Sequence record: OR142618.1
Length of the DNA stretch: 64,000 bases
Reading direction: 5' to 3' (one strand)
Shown: piece after piece, positions 47,511-58,195 of the stretch
How the letters are laid out: each line of letters opens with the position of its first letter
How positions within the stretch are numbered: the first letter of the stretch is position 1
Translations under genes and position numbers: made by a program
Notes under the pieces: model-generated
What the model was told of the DNA's origin: nothing
The model's database searches: none
What the model saw: only the letters and a program-made list of their open reading frames with translations

Positions 47511-47675
47511 ATGAATGCTGTACTGGCTAAACTTCAAAACGAACGCTGTGCAACCCTTCGCTTGATGTTGCTCCCAGAGAACCGCGGGTATCGGTTCACT
47601 GACCACCCCTGGGCAAAGCAAATCCGCAATCTGCACGACGAAGCCAAGTGCATCCGCGAACATTACAGTAAGTAA
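47511..47675 (+). CDS. 54-aa hypothetical protein, GC-rich
   Basis: AGGAGG RBS; MNAVLAKLQNERC... Confidence 0.7.
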   Translation: MNAVLAKLQNERCATLRLMLLPENRGYRFTDHPWAKQIRNLHDEAKCIREHYSK

Positions 47676-47846
47676 TCCAATCCCACTGGATCTTACTGAG
47701 GATAAGATAATGACCTACGCAGAACTAATAAAGAAATTTCATAACATAGAAGCCGGTCATTATCTTTCCGACATTGAAGTAATCTTTCAGGAACATTGAG
47801 TACAACATTAATGAATTGCTGGGCTTCATCATTTATTGACTAGCCT

Positions 47847-48161
47847 ATGCACAGGAGAACTAAAATGAATTGCGAACATTTTTTCCTCAGTGCAGTAAAA
47901 GAACTTCTGTCCCTGTACCACATTAAGAGTACTATTCAACCGTCTTCTGATAACCTCGAAGAATTGGTAGTAGTTATTACCGATACTGCTTTCGGTACTA
48001 TCAGATATGTCGGTAATAACACCGGATCAGTTATGTGTTATACTATGGGCAGTAATTACCCGTTGTATGACACTGAATGTTATTCCGACCGAACTATGAT
48101 AGATTGTGTTATGTTGATATCAGTTTGGTATTCAATGTTCCCGACATTCGATAATAAGTAA
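47847..48161 (+). CDS. hypothetical protein
   Basis: AGGAG RBS before the internal MNCEHF. Confidence 0.7.
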   Translation: MHRRTKMNCEHFFLSAVKELLSLYHIKSTIQPSSDNLEELVVVITDTAFGTIRYVGNNTGSVMCYTMGSNYPLYDTECYSDRTMIDCVMLISVWYSMFPTFDNK

Positions 48162-48419
48162 TATAATGGTTGCCCTATATAGTGTATGATGTTAGTTGTA
48201 TACTATATAGAACATTTCTATTAACTGGGAGGGATTAATAAAAATATTTTCTTGACAATAGCAGGTATAGGATAATTCTATTATACTGAAAATTGTTATA
48301 GAAAAATATAGTTGACAAATTTTGAAAGTGATGAATTCCAACACCGGGTGGCTGTAAGCTGAGACGGTTGACATTCGGTGAGTGGTGGATTGTTACGCGG
48401 GTAGATTTTGAAATTCACC

Positions 48420-48660
48420 GTCTATAGGTTCACTTATGTCACTTATGAGTCATTTCCGTATATAGGTTCACTTATAACACATATAAGTTACTTCCATTCG
48501 CTCATAAGTAACGTTCGATTATAAGTATCTTTTGCTTATATGTTCACTCATAGGTTATGATAAATCACATTCAATACTGTTACTACACACATTCAAACCT
48601 ATAAGTCATTTCACTGTATTGTACTGTACTGTACTGTATCATATATACTTCATACAATTT
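48420..48660. repeat. low-complexity tract (TCACTT/TCACTC-rich)
   Basis: tataggttcacttat x2, gtcacttatgag, gttcactcatagg, (ctgta)n. Confidence 0.75.
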
Positions 48661-48744
48661 TCTTCTTTATCATGCTGCTAGTAAACAATCTATGTTATTA
48701 TGCGTAGAAATGTTGTATAGTGTATTATAGTAAGTATAGTATGA

Positions 48745-50136
48745 TTGCTATACAATATTCCTAATCTCATATTGTTGTTTAACTTTCCAAATCTGTCTCG
48801 GCTGTTCTACTTTATGTCTCATAGTTACGTATTTTCTTTATCTAGGCGTATACGTAATAAACAAAGTAACTTTATAAAAAATTACTATAACTCATTAAAA
48901 TGGGTATACGGTGAAAGAAACATTTATAGATATATTACACGATACTCATTATGTAGAGCACTATATAGAGGCTATTAAATAAAAATGAGTGGTATAATAA
49001 AAACATCTGTGTATTATAATAATATTAATATATCTTCTTATGTTGCAATTATTAAACTAGCTACAACATATAGGTTAAAAGAATTTTCACACGTTGGAAA
49101 TTTAAATATATCTTTAATACGCAATAAAACGTATGTTACATTAAGTGTAAGTAAATATGGTATAAAAATTAATGTTAATATTAGAAATATCTAGTAGAAT
49201 AAGGGTTATACGATATCATACATTCCTTAATGCTAAATATACACTTTTTAGTAGTATACCGAATTTAAGCATGTATAAAATAGGCATTGATGTTGATGAT
49301 AACGTTATATCTATAATAGTTTACCAAACATATGAATAAAATATTTTTAATTTCTAACAATATTAATTTAATGAAGTATAACATACTTTACTATTATTAT
49401 TCTGCTATTGCAGTTAATACACATAAATTCTGGAAGGATAGAAGCTACGATATTGAAATAACATTTACAGGAGGCAATGCAATTATTCTGGAGTTGTTAT
49501 TTCTAAATTGTAGAATAAAGGTTAGGAAACAATATGACTACGAATAAGATGATACACTGCTCGCGTATTGTAGGGATGAACAGAATACGAAAATACATTG
49601 TTGTATTTTATAAATGTGAGTTTAAAAGTTTATATATACAGCTTAATAACGAGCTTGGCTATTATGGAAGTTTAAGTTTAATGTATAGAGACTTTGATTC
49701 AGATATACTTTTTCGTATAATTCGATAATTATGAATATATTTAAAATTAGTGTTTTATCTTATGAAACAATGCAATTAGATACATTGCTTCGATATATTA
49801 CAATACCCCAACATGTACCTATAAAGACTGTTTCTATAGTATATTTAAATGATTCAAAATTTGAAGTATACATTATCTTTGATAATATGAATTATATAAT
49901 ACTCACACATGAATAGTATTTTATTAAGATCTAGAATTCTATCATACGAAACTATAAATTCTTTTTTTAATATACTCTCGGCTATCAGTAGTAAGCGTAA
50001 TCATACCTGGTCTGCTGTACGCAGCGTATCGTGCGAGTGTTTCAGAGACAATAATTACACACGGGTAAATTTCTCTGTTGAAACCTTTGCAGATAATACA
50101 TTTATTTTAGCCAAATATAGAAGTAACAAAGCATAA
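48745..50136 (+). CDS. array of AT-rich small ORFs (48745, 48985, 49332, 49534, 49731, 49909)
   Basis: Co-oriented, overlapping 61-77 aa ORFs; MNKIFLISNNINL and MNIFKISV starts. Confidence 0.5.
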
Positions 50137-50269
50137 CTCTATATTAAATATACACTAGGGTGAAGGGTGAATAGTATAAGATTGAAACTTGTATATAAGA
50201 AAGTGGATAATACATGATAAAATGAATAAACATGTAGGAATGGGTTATATGTGTGATTATGCTGTAGTG

Positions 50270-50375
50270 AAGTGTTGGGAGTGAAATGAAGTGGATGAAG
50301 TGAAATGAAGTGGATGAAGTGAAATGAAGTGAAGTGAAATGAAGTGGATGAAGTGAAGTGAAATGAAGTGGATTA
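50270..50375. repeat. GAAGT/GAAAT/GGAT tandem repeat
   Basis: gaagtgaaatgaagtggat reiterated about 4 times. Confidence 0.9.
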
Positions 50376-50507
50376 TCTACTAGCACAATTGATTTAAAAA
50401 AATGCGTGCTAGCTCCACCATTCTAAAAAAATAAAATCTTGCTATGCGAATGTATGCAGTTTTGCTATAATATTATTATATTTAATCTAATATAACGGAA
50501 TTTTAAA

Positions 50508-50882
50508 ATGATATTTGTTTTTGGTAGTAATGAAGCGGGTCGACATGGCGCTGGTGCAGCAAAATTTGCACTACAGCGTAAAGGTGCAATCTACGGTATC
50601 GGTGTAGGTCATCATGGACAAAGTTATGCAATTCCTACTAAAGATCATAACATAATTACACTACCGTATGCTGATATAGAAAAATATGTTAAGCAGTTTT
50701 TAGAATATGCGAAAAATAATCCACAATTGCAATTTCAAGTAACCCGAATTGGTTGTGGTCTAGCAGGTTTCACTGATAACGAAATAGCTCCGCTGTTTGT
50801 TACTGCATCGGATAATTGCTATTTCGATAGCGCCTGGTCGCCTTATCTTCCTGGCAATTTTAAATTTTGGGGAAGTATATGA
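50508..50882 (+). CDS. A1S_2505-family phage non-structural protein (macrodomain-like fold)
   Basis: IFVFGSNEAGRHGAGAA ... SYAIPTK ... FQVTRIGCGLAG ... IAPLF. Confidence 0.8.
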   Translation: MIFVFGSNEAGRHGAGAAKFALQRKGAIYGIGVGHHGQSYAIPTKDHNIITLPYADIEKYVKQFLEYAKNNPQLQFQVTRIGCGLAGFTDNEIAPLFVTASDNCYFDSAWSPYLPGNFKFWGSI

Positions 50883-52507
50883 ATATAATAGAGAGAATAC
50901 AAGACTATAATAGTGTTTTTGATAGAATAACAGTCTCATATTTATTGCAATTAATATCAGGACCTGAAAAGTTAAATAACTTTGATTTTATCAATATAAA
51001 GATAGTAACATATAAAACTAGTGTAACTAGTAAACCTAGTGCAACACTAGAATATAGAACATGCAGTTTTCCTATAAAAATAGGATTAGTATAGTGAATA
51101 AACAAACAGAATATATTCACGCATACATCAAGGTATTAAGCGTCTGTTCTATTAATAAAATTATTAATAAGCGAGTGAAACATTTTAGTATATACATAAC
51201 AGAAGTTATTCATGATTTTGATGGAAAATATTTAATTGTGAGAGCTAAATTTTATATTGTAGGTATTTACGGTTGTTATAGCAAGCCGGTTATATACAGA
51301 TGCATATAGATATATTAGATTATTCAGCACGTTTCGGCAGAAGGTCTAATGCCGTATATATGTTAATTTACCTTGCGTTTTTAACGGTTAATAGTAAACA
51401 TATAAAAATAAAAATAGATAAATCGTCTAGGGTTTTCTTTTCTATAATAGAAAACAACAATTTAAGATATAGTATAGGTATAGTATGTCAGTAAAGGATA
51501 TACTAATTTTATCTAATTTCTTTAATAAAGAAAAGTCGATTGCATCTATTTGTCCCATGCTAACAGTAAATTCAAATCTTGCTCCTTTAGAAATGCCGTT
51601 CGAAAACATAAAACTTCTAACTGTAAATATACATTTTTCCAAAGCTACCTCAAACCACATAAAATATGAGTTTACTTTTGTAACAGACAACACCGTACTT
51701 AACAACTTAAATGGATATGCAGTGTATATAAGACATGATTAAATATTTCGACAGTGTTACCAATATCCTATTTTTATCCCATTATATTATTGTAAATGAT
51801 AAACTTATATCTGCATTTGTAAAATTTTACAATACGGATAAAAATAAAGATGTTAAACCGCATTTTATTATAGTTACAGACTATTATAATAGAATATCGA
51901 AAAATATATTTTTCGTAGTAGACGATGCGTATTATGTAACTAGGTATAACGAATGAATTATCATACCAAACTTTTTACATCAGTTAATACATTTTCTATA
52001 TCACATGCCATGCACTGCAATATATGTAATGCACATTTAGCTAACATAACGTTTTTATTTTATATTAAAGATGCATATTGTGTAGATTTGCATCACGTTA
52101 AGTTAACAACAAAAAAATTGTTTAATAAAGATGAAATTTATATGTTTACTAATATAAATTCTTTAAAAATATGTGAAATACGTTGTGTATAACTTTTTAT
52201 ATTATAATAAGTTTTATAGCATGATTGAGAATCATCTAAATTTATGTTCAATGTATATACGAATGCCTAATAATCTTACTTATTAACGTACTATTCAGCA
52301 TTATAGGATTTTATAATTGATATGTATATAATAGACCTGCAATATTTTTATTCCTACAAATCTATAATAAAATCCATAATATATATTAACACACATTCCA
52401 TTAATGTACGTTTTTCATTAATAAAATACCACTACGCATGGCTAGTATATACTAGTCACGGTCATACATTATTCAACAAAATAATAACAGATAATATTGC
52501 TAAGTAA
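50867..52507 (+). CDS. array of AT-rich small ORFs (50867, 51061, 51300, 51485, 51735, 51953, 52322)
   Basis: Co-oriented, overlapping 61-85 aa ORFs; ILILSNFF and ILFLSHYII motifs. Confidence 0.5.
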
Positions 52508-52607
52508 TCGTTTCATATTTGCTTATAAACAAATGTTTACATAATTGTATTACATAGTGTATTATTAAGTATTGTTGCAAGGATCGCAACAACGGAGATA
52601 ACAAGGA

Positions 52608-52793
52608 ATGTTAACAATTTCATCAGTAGAATTGGCATATGTAAATACTACATGCCTTTTTAGGGCATCTATGTTGCTAAGGGAAATGCCAGGTAGTAAT
52701 ATAAGAGTTTATCTAGGTAAAAAAGTACAAACGATGGTAATGTTGTCACGTACATTACCTGTTAAAATTGGATATATTCCGCAGAAGGGTTAA
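52608..52793 (+). CDS. hypothetical protein
   Basis: GGAG/AAGGA RBS. Confidence 0.55.
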   Translation: MLTISSVELAYVNTTCLFRASMLLREMPGSNIRVYLGKKVQTMVMLSRTLPVKIGYIPQKG

Positions 52794-52796
52794 GAA

Positions 52797-53774
52797 ATGA
52801 CTATAGTATATGCACATGAAATAAAAAATGATGTTTTTGTAGTTAGAACTAGTGCATATCTGTTTAACAATAATACAGCAATCCCTAGGCAAAATAACGG
52901 AAAACCTATTATTTCTGTCGATTTTGCTATACATGACGGAATAAAAGAACATGCAGTAAAAAGTAATGGTTTGATAGAATTTTATGCATCTAAAGACGAC
53001 ATAGAAACTAAACAGTACACAATAATAACATATATTCATTATGTTTCTCATTATATTCATTCTGTAGATAATACTATATTGTCTGTTCAAGATTATGACA
53101 CATTTAAACTATGTAATGAAATAGATAAAGGATATTTAAATCTTTATTCTGAGTGCTATGCCAAGACAAAATACAAAGAAGATACAATCCAAATTGTCAT
53201 ACAAAATAAGCTCGAAAGTATTGAAGACGAAATGCTAAGAAAGCATGCAATGCCTGTATTTTTGCCAGATCCGTACAACGTAAGTTCCGGAAAATCGGTG
53301 TATTCTATAAATTTAGAAAATGTAATTATAGATTACATTGAAACTAATGTTAATTCTGTAGTTAAAAATAAACTTGAACAAAAAATAAAAAATCCTTCTG
53401 ATCCGTATTTTTATAAATCAAAAATTCTTAGAAACCAATATTATATAGAAAAAACAAACATTTCTATTGCACTAAGTATAGGACAGTCACTACACAGTAC
53501 ACTCTATACTAGTAATACGTTCGTCGGGTCTATAGAAAGTATTAACATATCGTTAAAACATGCTATGAAACAATTAAAAATGATGTGCGATCTTTATATA
53601 TCGTTAAATGATACATCAAATACCGATATGACCTTTTTAGTTGGCCATCTCGACTCATTAGCTAGAATAGTACGACAGATAGATTTTAAAATAAAAGATA
53701 AAGACAAAAGAACTTTATTAATTGATTCGATTGATAAAATAAAAGAAAGTATAATAAAAAGAAAAGAAGATTAA
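52797..53774 (+). CDS. hypothetical protein, 325 aa
   Basis: Long ORF converging on the virion operon. Confidence 0.85.
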   Translation: MTIVYAHEIKNDVFVVRTSAYLFNNNTAIPRQNNGKPIISVDFAIHDGIKEHAVKSNGLIEFYASKDDIETKQYTIITYIHYVSHYIHSVDNTILSVQDYDTFKLCNEIDKGYLNLYSECYAKTKYKEDTIQIVIQNKLESIEDEMLRKHAMPVFLPDPYNVSSGKSVYSINLENVIIDYIETNVNSVVKNKLEQKIKNPSDPYFYKSKILRNQYYIEKTNISIALSIGQSLHSTLYTSNTFVGSIESINISLKHAMKQLKMMCDLYISLNDTSNTDMTFLVGHLDSLARIVRQIDFKIKDKDKRTLLIDSIDKIKESIIKRKED

Positions 53775-53788
53775 ATCTTCTTTTCTTT
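53758..53788. terminator. bidirectional A/T-flanked hairpin between convergent genes
   Basis: aaagaaaagaagat-taa-atcttcttttcttt. Confidence 0.6.
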
Positions 53789-55008
53789 TATATTATTAAA
53801 ATTGTTTTTGTATAAGTATACGTATTATTGTCGTATGTAGTTACTCGCCATGATATGTCTTGCGTCTGTCCCACTGTGCCGGAATTTGACGAAAAAGTCC
53901 ATGTTCTGTTAACTACAACAGGATCATTTGGTCTTACATAATTAACAGAGCCCTTTGAATTTGTTCTAGTTGTATTAGATCCTACAGGCAGAGGGTATGC
54001 AACTCCGTCAAATACTATTTCTTCAGATACGATTGCTTGATAGCCGAATGTAAATATTGCAGATCCGGTTACACTAGCACCCTGCTGTACTTGGTTAGGA
54101 CCGGAAATGTTCATAGTAGGAACTATTGCTGCACTATTTGTTAAATTATATAACAGTGCATAAGTAGGCGATATAACAGGATATATTGCACTAGAAATAT
54201 GTTCTATTACTGTAAATTGCAAATTTCCTTGAACTATAGTTTGTGTGTCAAATTCCGTAAATATTACATAAAATGATATAACAGATGGACTGTTTAACTT
54301 TGCTTGAACAGACATCTGGACGTTGTCTATTTTAAGTATAAAAACTGTTTGATATGTATTATTTAATTCATAGAACGTTTTAGTACATGGTTTGCTGTTA
54401 GTTGGTACGCTTGGTGCAGATATTCCGAAAAATACAACAGAATTTATATTTTCTAAAAGCTCCTTCATCTTTGTAGAAATAGTAGTGCTCGGCGAGGTCA
54501 TCTGAGGCGTTATTCTTATTGCGCCGCCTGTATTGAAAAATTGTCTTGCATGATTATTATCATTAAATGTGACAGTAAACTCTGAATATACAGATTGATC
54601 CCACGGAGCACTCGTCGGTCTACTAGATGTTAGTTTAGTAGTATAAGTCGGATTTGCTAATTTACCTCTATTAGCTTCTAATAAAGATAATGCATCGCCT
54701 AATGGTAACAATGTACCGGGCGGTTGCATTACATCATAGTTATATGCAGCAATTGTATTACTTGAAGATACAATTGCTGGCCAGGCTGCGCCTAGTAACG
54801 ATGTGCCTTGATGTAATGCAATAGTTTGCATAGTAGAAAACAGTGTATTCCAGTTAGATGCACTGATTATATTTCCTATAGCAACTTGTTGTACAGGAAC
54901 AGTCTGTCCGTATCCGTAGCTACCTGTTCCTGTACCTAAAATATTTTGTATTTTAGAAGAAAATAGATTATAATCAGCAGCCTGTATTACCTGATTTCTT
55001 GCGTACAT
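53788..55008 (-). CDS. virion structural protein (baseplate/tail-associated)
   Basis: IQAADYN...GTGTGSYGYGQ N-terminus of jumbo-myovirus type; operon context. Confidence 0.8.
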   Translation of the reverse strand: MYARNQVIQAADYNLFSSKIQNILGTGTGSYGYGQTVPVQQVAIGNIISASNWNTLFSTMQTIALHQGTSLLGAAWPAIVSSSNTIAAYNYDVMQPPGTLLPLGDALSLLEANRGKLANPTYTTKLTSSRPTSAPWDQSVYSEFTVTFNDNNHARQFFNTGGAIRITPQMTSPSTTISTKMKELLENINSVVFFGISAPSVPTNSKPCTKTFYELNNTYQTVFILKIDNVQMSVQAKLNSPSVISFYVIFTEFDTQTIVQGNLQFTVIEHISSAIYPVISPTYALLYNLTNSAAIVPTMNISGPNQVQQGASVTGSAIFTFGYQAIVSEEIVFDGVAYPLPVGSNTTRTNSKGSVNYVRPNDPVVVNRTWTFSSNSGTVGQTQDISWRVTTYDNNTYTYTKTILII

Positions 55009-56444
55009 TATTTAGAGCCTATTGCACATAAAACTAATTCTACATCCGATGTTGATTTAGAACTAATAGCACGTCCTATAATACTATATACACCCATAGG
55101 ACCTAACTGTTGCAATTCTGACATTGTTATTCTACGAGCAACACCAGGAACATCACTAGCAACTAATCTATCGCCCTTAGATATGGGTCCTATTACTTTC
55201 ACGGGTACTCTTCCTGCTAATGCAACAAACGGATGAGTGTCATCTGTCCCTGCGTCGGCATTCATCATTATGCCTGCACTTGTACTTATTACACCGAATA
55301 CTTCTGTATCTGCATCGAATGTTGTCATTGTTATTTCTTTAGAACCACCCAATTTAACTACAGTTCCTGTATCTAATTCTCCATCAGCTTCATATCTTTC
55401 TGCAAGATCTGCATATTTACTTGATGTAGACGTACCTATTAAATTAGTTCCATAAATATTTTGGAAAGGACTAATTTGGCTTCCTATAGAAGAAGTAGTT
55501 GTTCTAGCATTTATTTTAGATGTTGTTATTTCGTTTATGTATGATAGGCCAAATGCATTATTAATATCGCCGATTGTGGTAGTATCAGGTACACCGGGAA
55601 TTAGTTTATCTCTTGCATATAATTCCATACCGTATATTTTAGAATATCTATTTGTATCTGAACCTAAAGTAAATGCATTAGTTGTGCTAGGTATTAAGTT
55701 AGTAATAACACCATAACCTGGCTGCCCGGATCCGACTGATAAACTATTAGCATACATCCCGCTTGCATATATACCTGCAATTCTACTCGAAGCACTACCT
55801 AGAGTATCAGTTGTGTTTTTCATCCCAACTGCTGTATCACTAAGAGGTATAAAACCTAAAGTAATATTACCGTTTGATCTAGAAAATACAATTTCTTGTG
55901 TTGCAAGAAATCTTCTTGCATATACATCTGCAAATGTTAAACTTGCCGAACCTATAGAATACTGAGAAGTTGTACTGGGTAGTACATTACCGCCTATAGT
56001 AGTAGCACCTAATTGGGTTGTTCCTGCAACTAAATTAGTTGTATTAACTGTACTGAAATAACCTACTCTGAATCTATTTGCGGCGGCGCCTAAATCTACT
56101 GTATTTGTTGCAGGAATTATTGTAGAATCTACTGTACTTATTAATGATTTCCACGATGCATGATTTGGGTTTGCACTAGTGTTGTCTGTAGAATTGACAG
56201 GATCGTTTCCTATCCATACTTTCATTACATTAGTTCTAGTATCAAACCAAAGTTGCCCTTTTATTGCACCCCTAGGAGATGTATTATTTGCAAAGTTTTC
56301 TAATGTTCTTATTGTAGACTGTGCTAAAGATTGTCCATATGCAGGTGTTATTCTACCAACTAAGCTAGTAGAATATACGTTAGATATAGTACCATCAGGT
56401 ATTGCTATTATATTTCCGTTTGACTTTGTAATTGTATATGACAT
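55008..56444 (-). CDS. tail fibre/spike with C-terminal autocleaving intramolecular chaperone (Peptidase_G2/IMC-like)
   Basis: LENFA...GQLWFDT anchor; repeated DLG/TLGS-x4-R/F-x2-I/Y units; KYADLAERYE ... ALAGRVPVKV ... KGDRLV. Confidence 0.8.
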   Translation of the reverse strand: MSYTITKSNGNIIAIPDGTISNVYSTSLVGRITPAYGQSLAQSTIRTLENFANNTSPRGAIKGQLWFDTRTNVMKVWIGNDPVNSTDNTSANPNHASWKSLISTVDSTIIPATNTVDLGAAANRFRVGYFSTVNTTNLVAGTTQLGATTIGGNVLPSTTSQYSIGSASLTFADVYARRFLATQEIVFSRSNGNITLGFIPLSDTAVGMKNTTDTLGSASSRIAGIYASGMYANSLSVGSGQPGYGVITNLIPSTTNAFTLGSDTNRYSKIYGMELYARDKLIPGVPDTTTIGDINNAFGLSYINEITTSKINARTTTSSIGSQISPFQNIYGTNLIGTSTSSKYADLAERYEADGELDTGTVVKLGGSKEITMTTFDADTEVFGVISTSAGIMMNADAGTDDTHPFVALAGRVPVKVIGPISKGDRLVASDVPGVARRITMSELQQLGPMGVYSIIGRAISSKSTSDVELVLCAIGSK

Positions 56445-56446
56445 TA

Positions 56447-58192
56447 TTAACCTACCCTAATCCATACGTATGCACATTGCCACGGAGATTGGTTATTATG
56501 TTTTCCGTCGCCGCCGACAGAAGAAGTTAGAGGCGCTGTAGTAACGCTCTGGAATCCGTAACCGTCTTCGACCCTAGCAGATTGACCGCCGACTGAACCG
56601 AATCTACCCGATTGCGAAACGTTATTTCCGAAACCTTGTATATGCTGATGCGCTGGCATCTCTGCTACAGTAAGTTTATGGAAATAAGTTCCTCCTGTTG
56701 ATCCGGCAGCATATCCACCCGAATCTCCATTTGCATCAGTAGTAGATCCGTTCCCGACTATAGATCTGCCCTGTGCATACGGATTCCAGACCCCGAATCC
56801 TAAATAAGTTGCTGGGTTTGCCGAATTAGTTGCGTTAATGTATACAGAACCTATAGGATATACTAATTCTCTAGTAGCTGCAATGGCAGTTAAAATTTTC
56901 TGATCTACTTGGTCTTGGGTATAAACGGTAGGAAGATTGCCAGTATGCCATATTCTTTGACCGTTTATATATAGTGCGCCGTCGTTTACGCCATCTGTAT
57001 GCAGTCGAACATCGTAATCAGTAGAAGAGTTCGTGGCATGGTGAAAATCTAAATACCTAGCTATTTCTGTAACACCAGATGTACTAACAACAGGAATCTT
57101 GTTAGCCATATTTCCAGGAACACCAGGTGCTATAACATCGTGTGACGCTGCTGTGCCTAATCCAACTACAGTTGTGTTCATTGTAACGTTTGTAGTACCG
57201 TCTAATACTACTGAACCTAAAACATTTCCAGTTAGTGTTAATGTTCTGCCAAACGTCCATTTATCTGCAGAAGCTGCTCTGGTTGCATTAGTCGCACTTG
57301 ATGCATTACCTACGAAATTTACAGAATACATGTTTCTATAGCGCCGAGCAGTAGAACCTAAGTCATACGTATTATCTATTACAGGCATCAAATGAGAATT
57401 TAAACCTTGATTTGTGCCAGTTCCTAGTGTTAATAACGTCGTATTTACATCTTGGCCGAAGAATCTTGTTACTCTATATGAAGTACCACCTATAATCCAT
57501 GTGCCCCTACAGAATAAATCGTTATTAGGTCCGTTTTCTAATGCTATAACAGAAGAACCATTAGTAAAAGTTATACCACCGGAATTAATCCATGCTTTCT
57601 TTGTATATAAATTATCCCATTGTTTTGCAGACGAACCCAAACTAGACGATGTTATAAACTGACAAGGATTCGGCATAGTCGATTGGGTTTCGGGTAATAT
57701 GTCGCCTTGAACTGAAGTATTTCCTACAACTGTAAGAGCAGTTCTGTTAGAACTAGATGTACATTTTCTTAAAGTTGCTTCTGTTCCGAAAAAGCCCACT
57801 GCATAGATATTTTTAAATCTAAGTGTAGGAGACCCTATATTAATTGTATTATCAACTTTTGGCAATAGATCTTGTATTAATGCTCCGCCAATAGGAGTCC
57901 ACATTTCGTTAGATCTATCTGCACTAGTGTTATCGTTAGGAGATAGAGGGTCTGCTCCTTTCCATACTTTAAGTATTTCCTGCTGAGTATCATACCACAG
58001 TTGGCCCTTAATGGCCCCCCGAGGCGGAATTGTATTGGCAAAATTTTCTAAATGCCTAATTGTACTCTGTGCTATTTCTCCGCCATATGGTGATATGTCT
58101 TTGCCTAGTAATGGCAAAGTATAATTCTCTAATATCGTTTGGTCTGCAACAGTAATAGGGGTGCCGTTACTTTTGGAAATATTATATGACAT
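56447..58192 (-). CDS. tail fibre / baseplate protein with T4 gp10/gp12-like C-terminal collar region
   Basis: LENFA...GQLWYDT anchor; DFHH...DYDVRL; YPIGSVYINA...NPATYLGFGVW...GRSIVG; GGTYFHKLTVAEMPAHQH. Confidence 0.8.
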   Translation of the reverse strand: MSYNISKSNGTPITVADQTILENYTLPLLGKDISPYGGEIAQSTIRHLENFANTIPPRGAIKGQLWYDTQQEILKVWKGADPLSPNDNTSADRSNEMWTPIGGALIQDLLPKVDNTINIGSPTLRFKNIYAVGFFGTEATLRKCTSSSNRTALTVVGNTSVQGDILPETQSTMPNPCQFITSSSLGSSAKQWDNLYTKKAWINSGGITFTNGSSVIALENGPNNDLFCRGTWIIGGTSYRVTRFFGQDVNTTLLTLGTGTNQGLNSHLMPVIDNTYDLGSTARRYRNMYSVNFVGNASSATNATRAASADKWTFGRTLTLTGNVLGSVVLDGTTNVTMNTTVVGLGTAASHDVIAPGVPGNMANKIPVVSTSGVTEIARYLDFHHATNSSTDYDVRLHTDGVNDGALYINGQRIWHTGNLPTVYTQDQVDQKILTAIAATRELVYPIGSVYINATNSANPATYLGFGVWNPYAQGRSIVGNGSTTDANGDSGGYAAGSTGGTYFHKLTVAEMPAHQHIQGFGNNVSQSGRFGSVGGQSARVEDGYGFQSVTTAPLTSSVGGDGKHNNQSPWQCAYVWIRVG

Positions 58193-58195
58193 AAA

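Noticed and set aside
48420-48560. gttcact / ccgtatatagg resemble pieces of the type I-F CRISPR repeat (mini-array or RNA anti-CRISPR)
   Set aside because: Only short scattered matches in a low-complexity tract; no full 28-nt repeat, stem or regular spacers.
50144-50386. Minus-strand 80-aa ORF with LHFTS repeats
   Set aside because: Artefact of the GAAGT/GAAAT tandem repeat.
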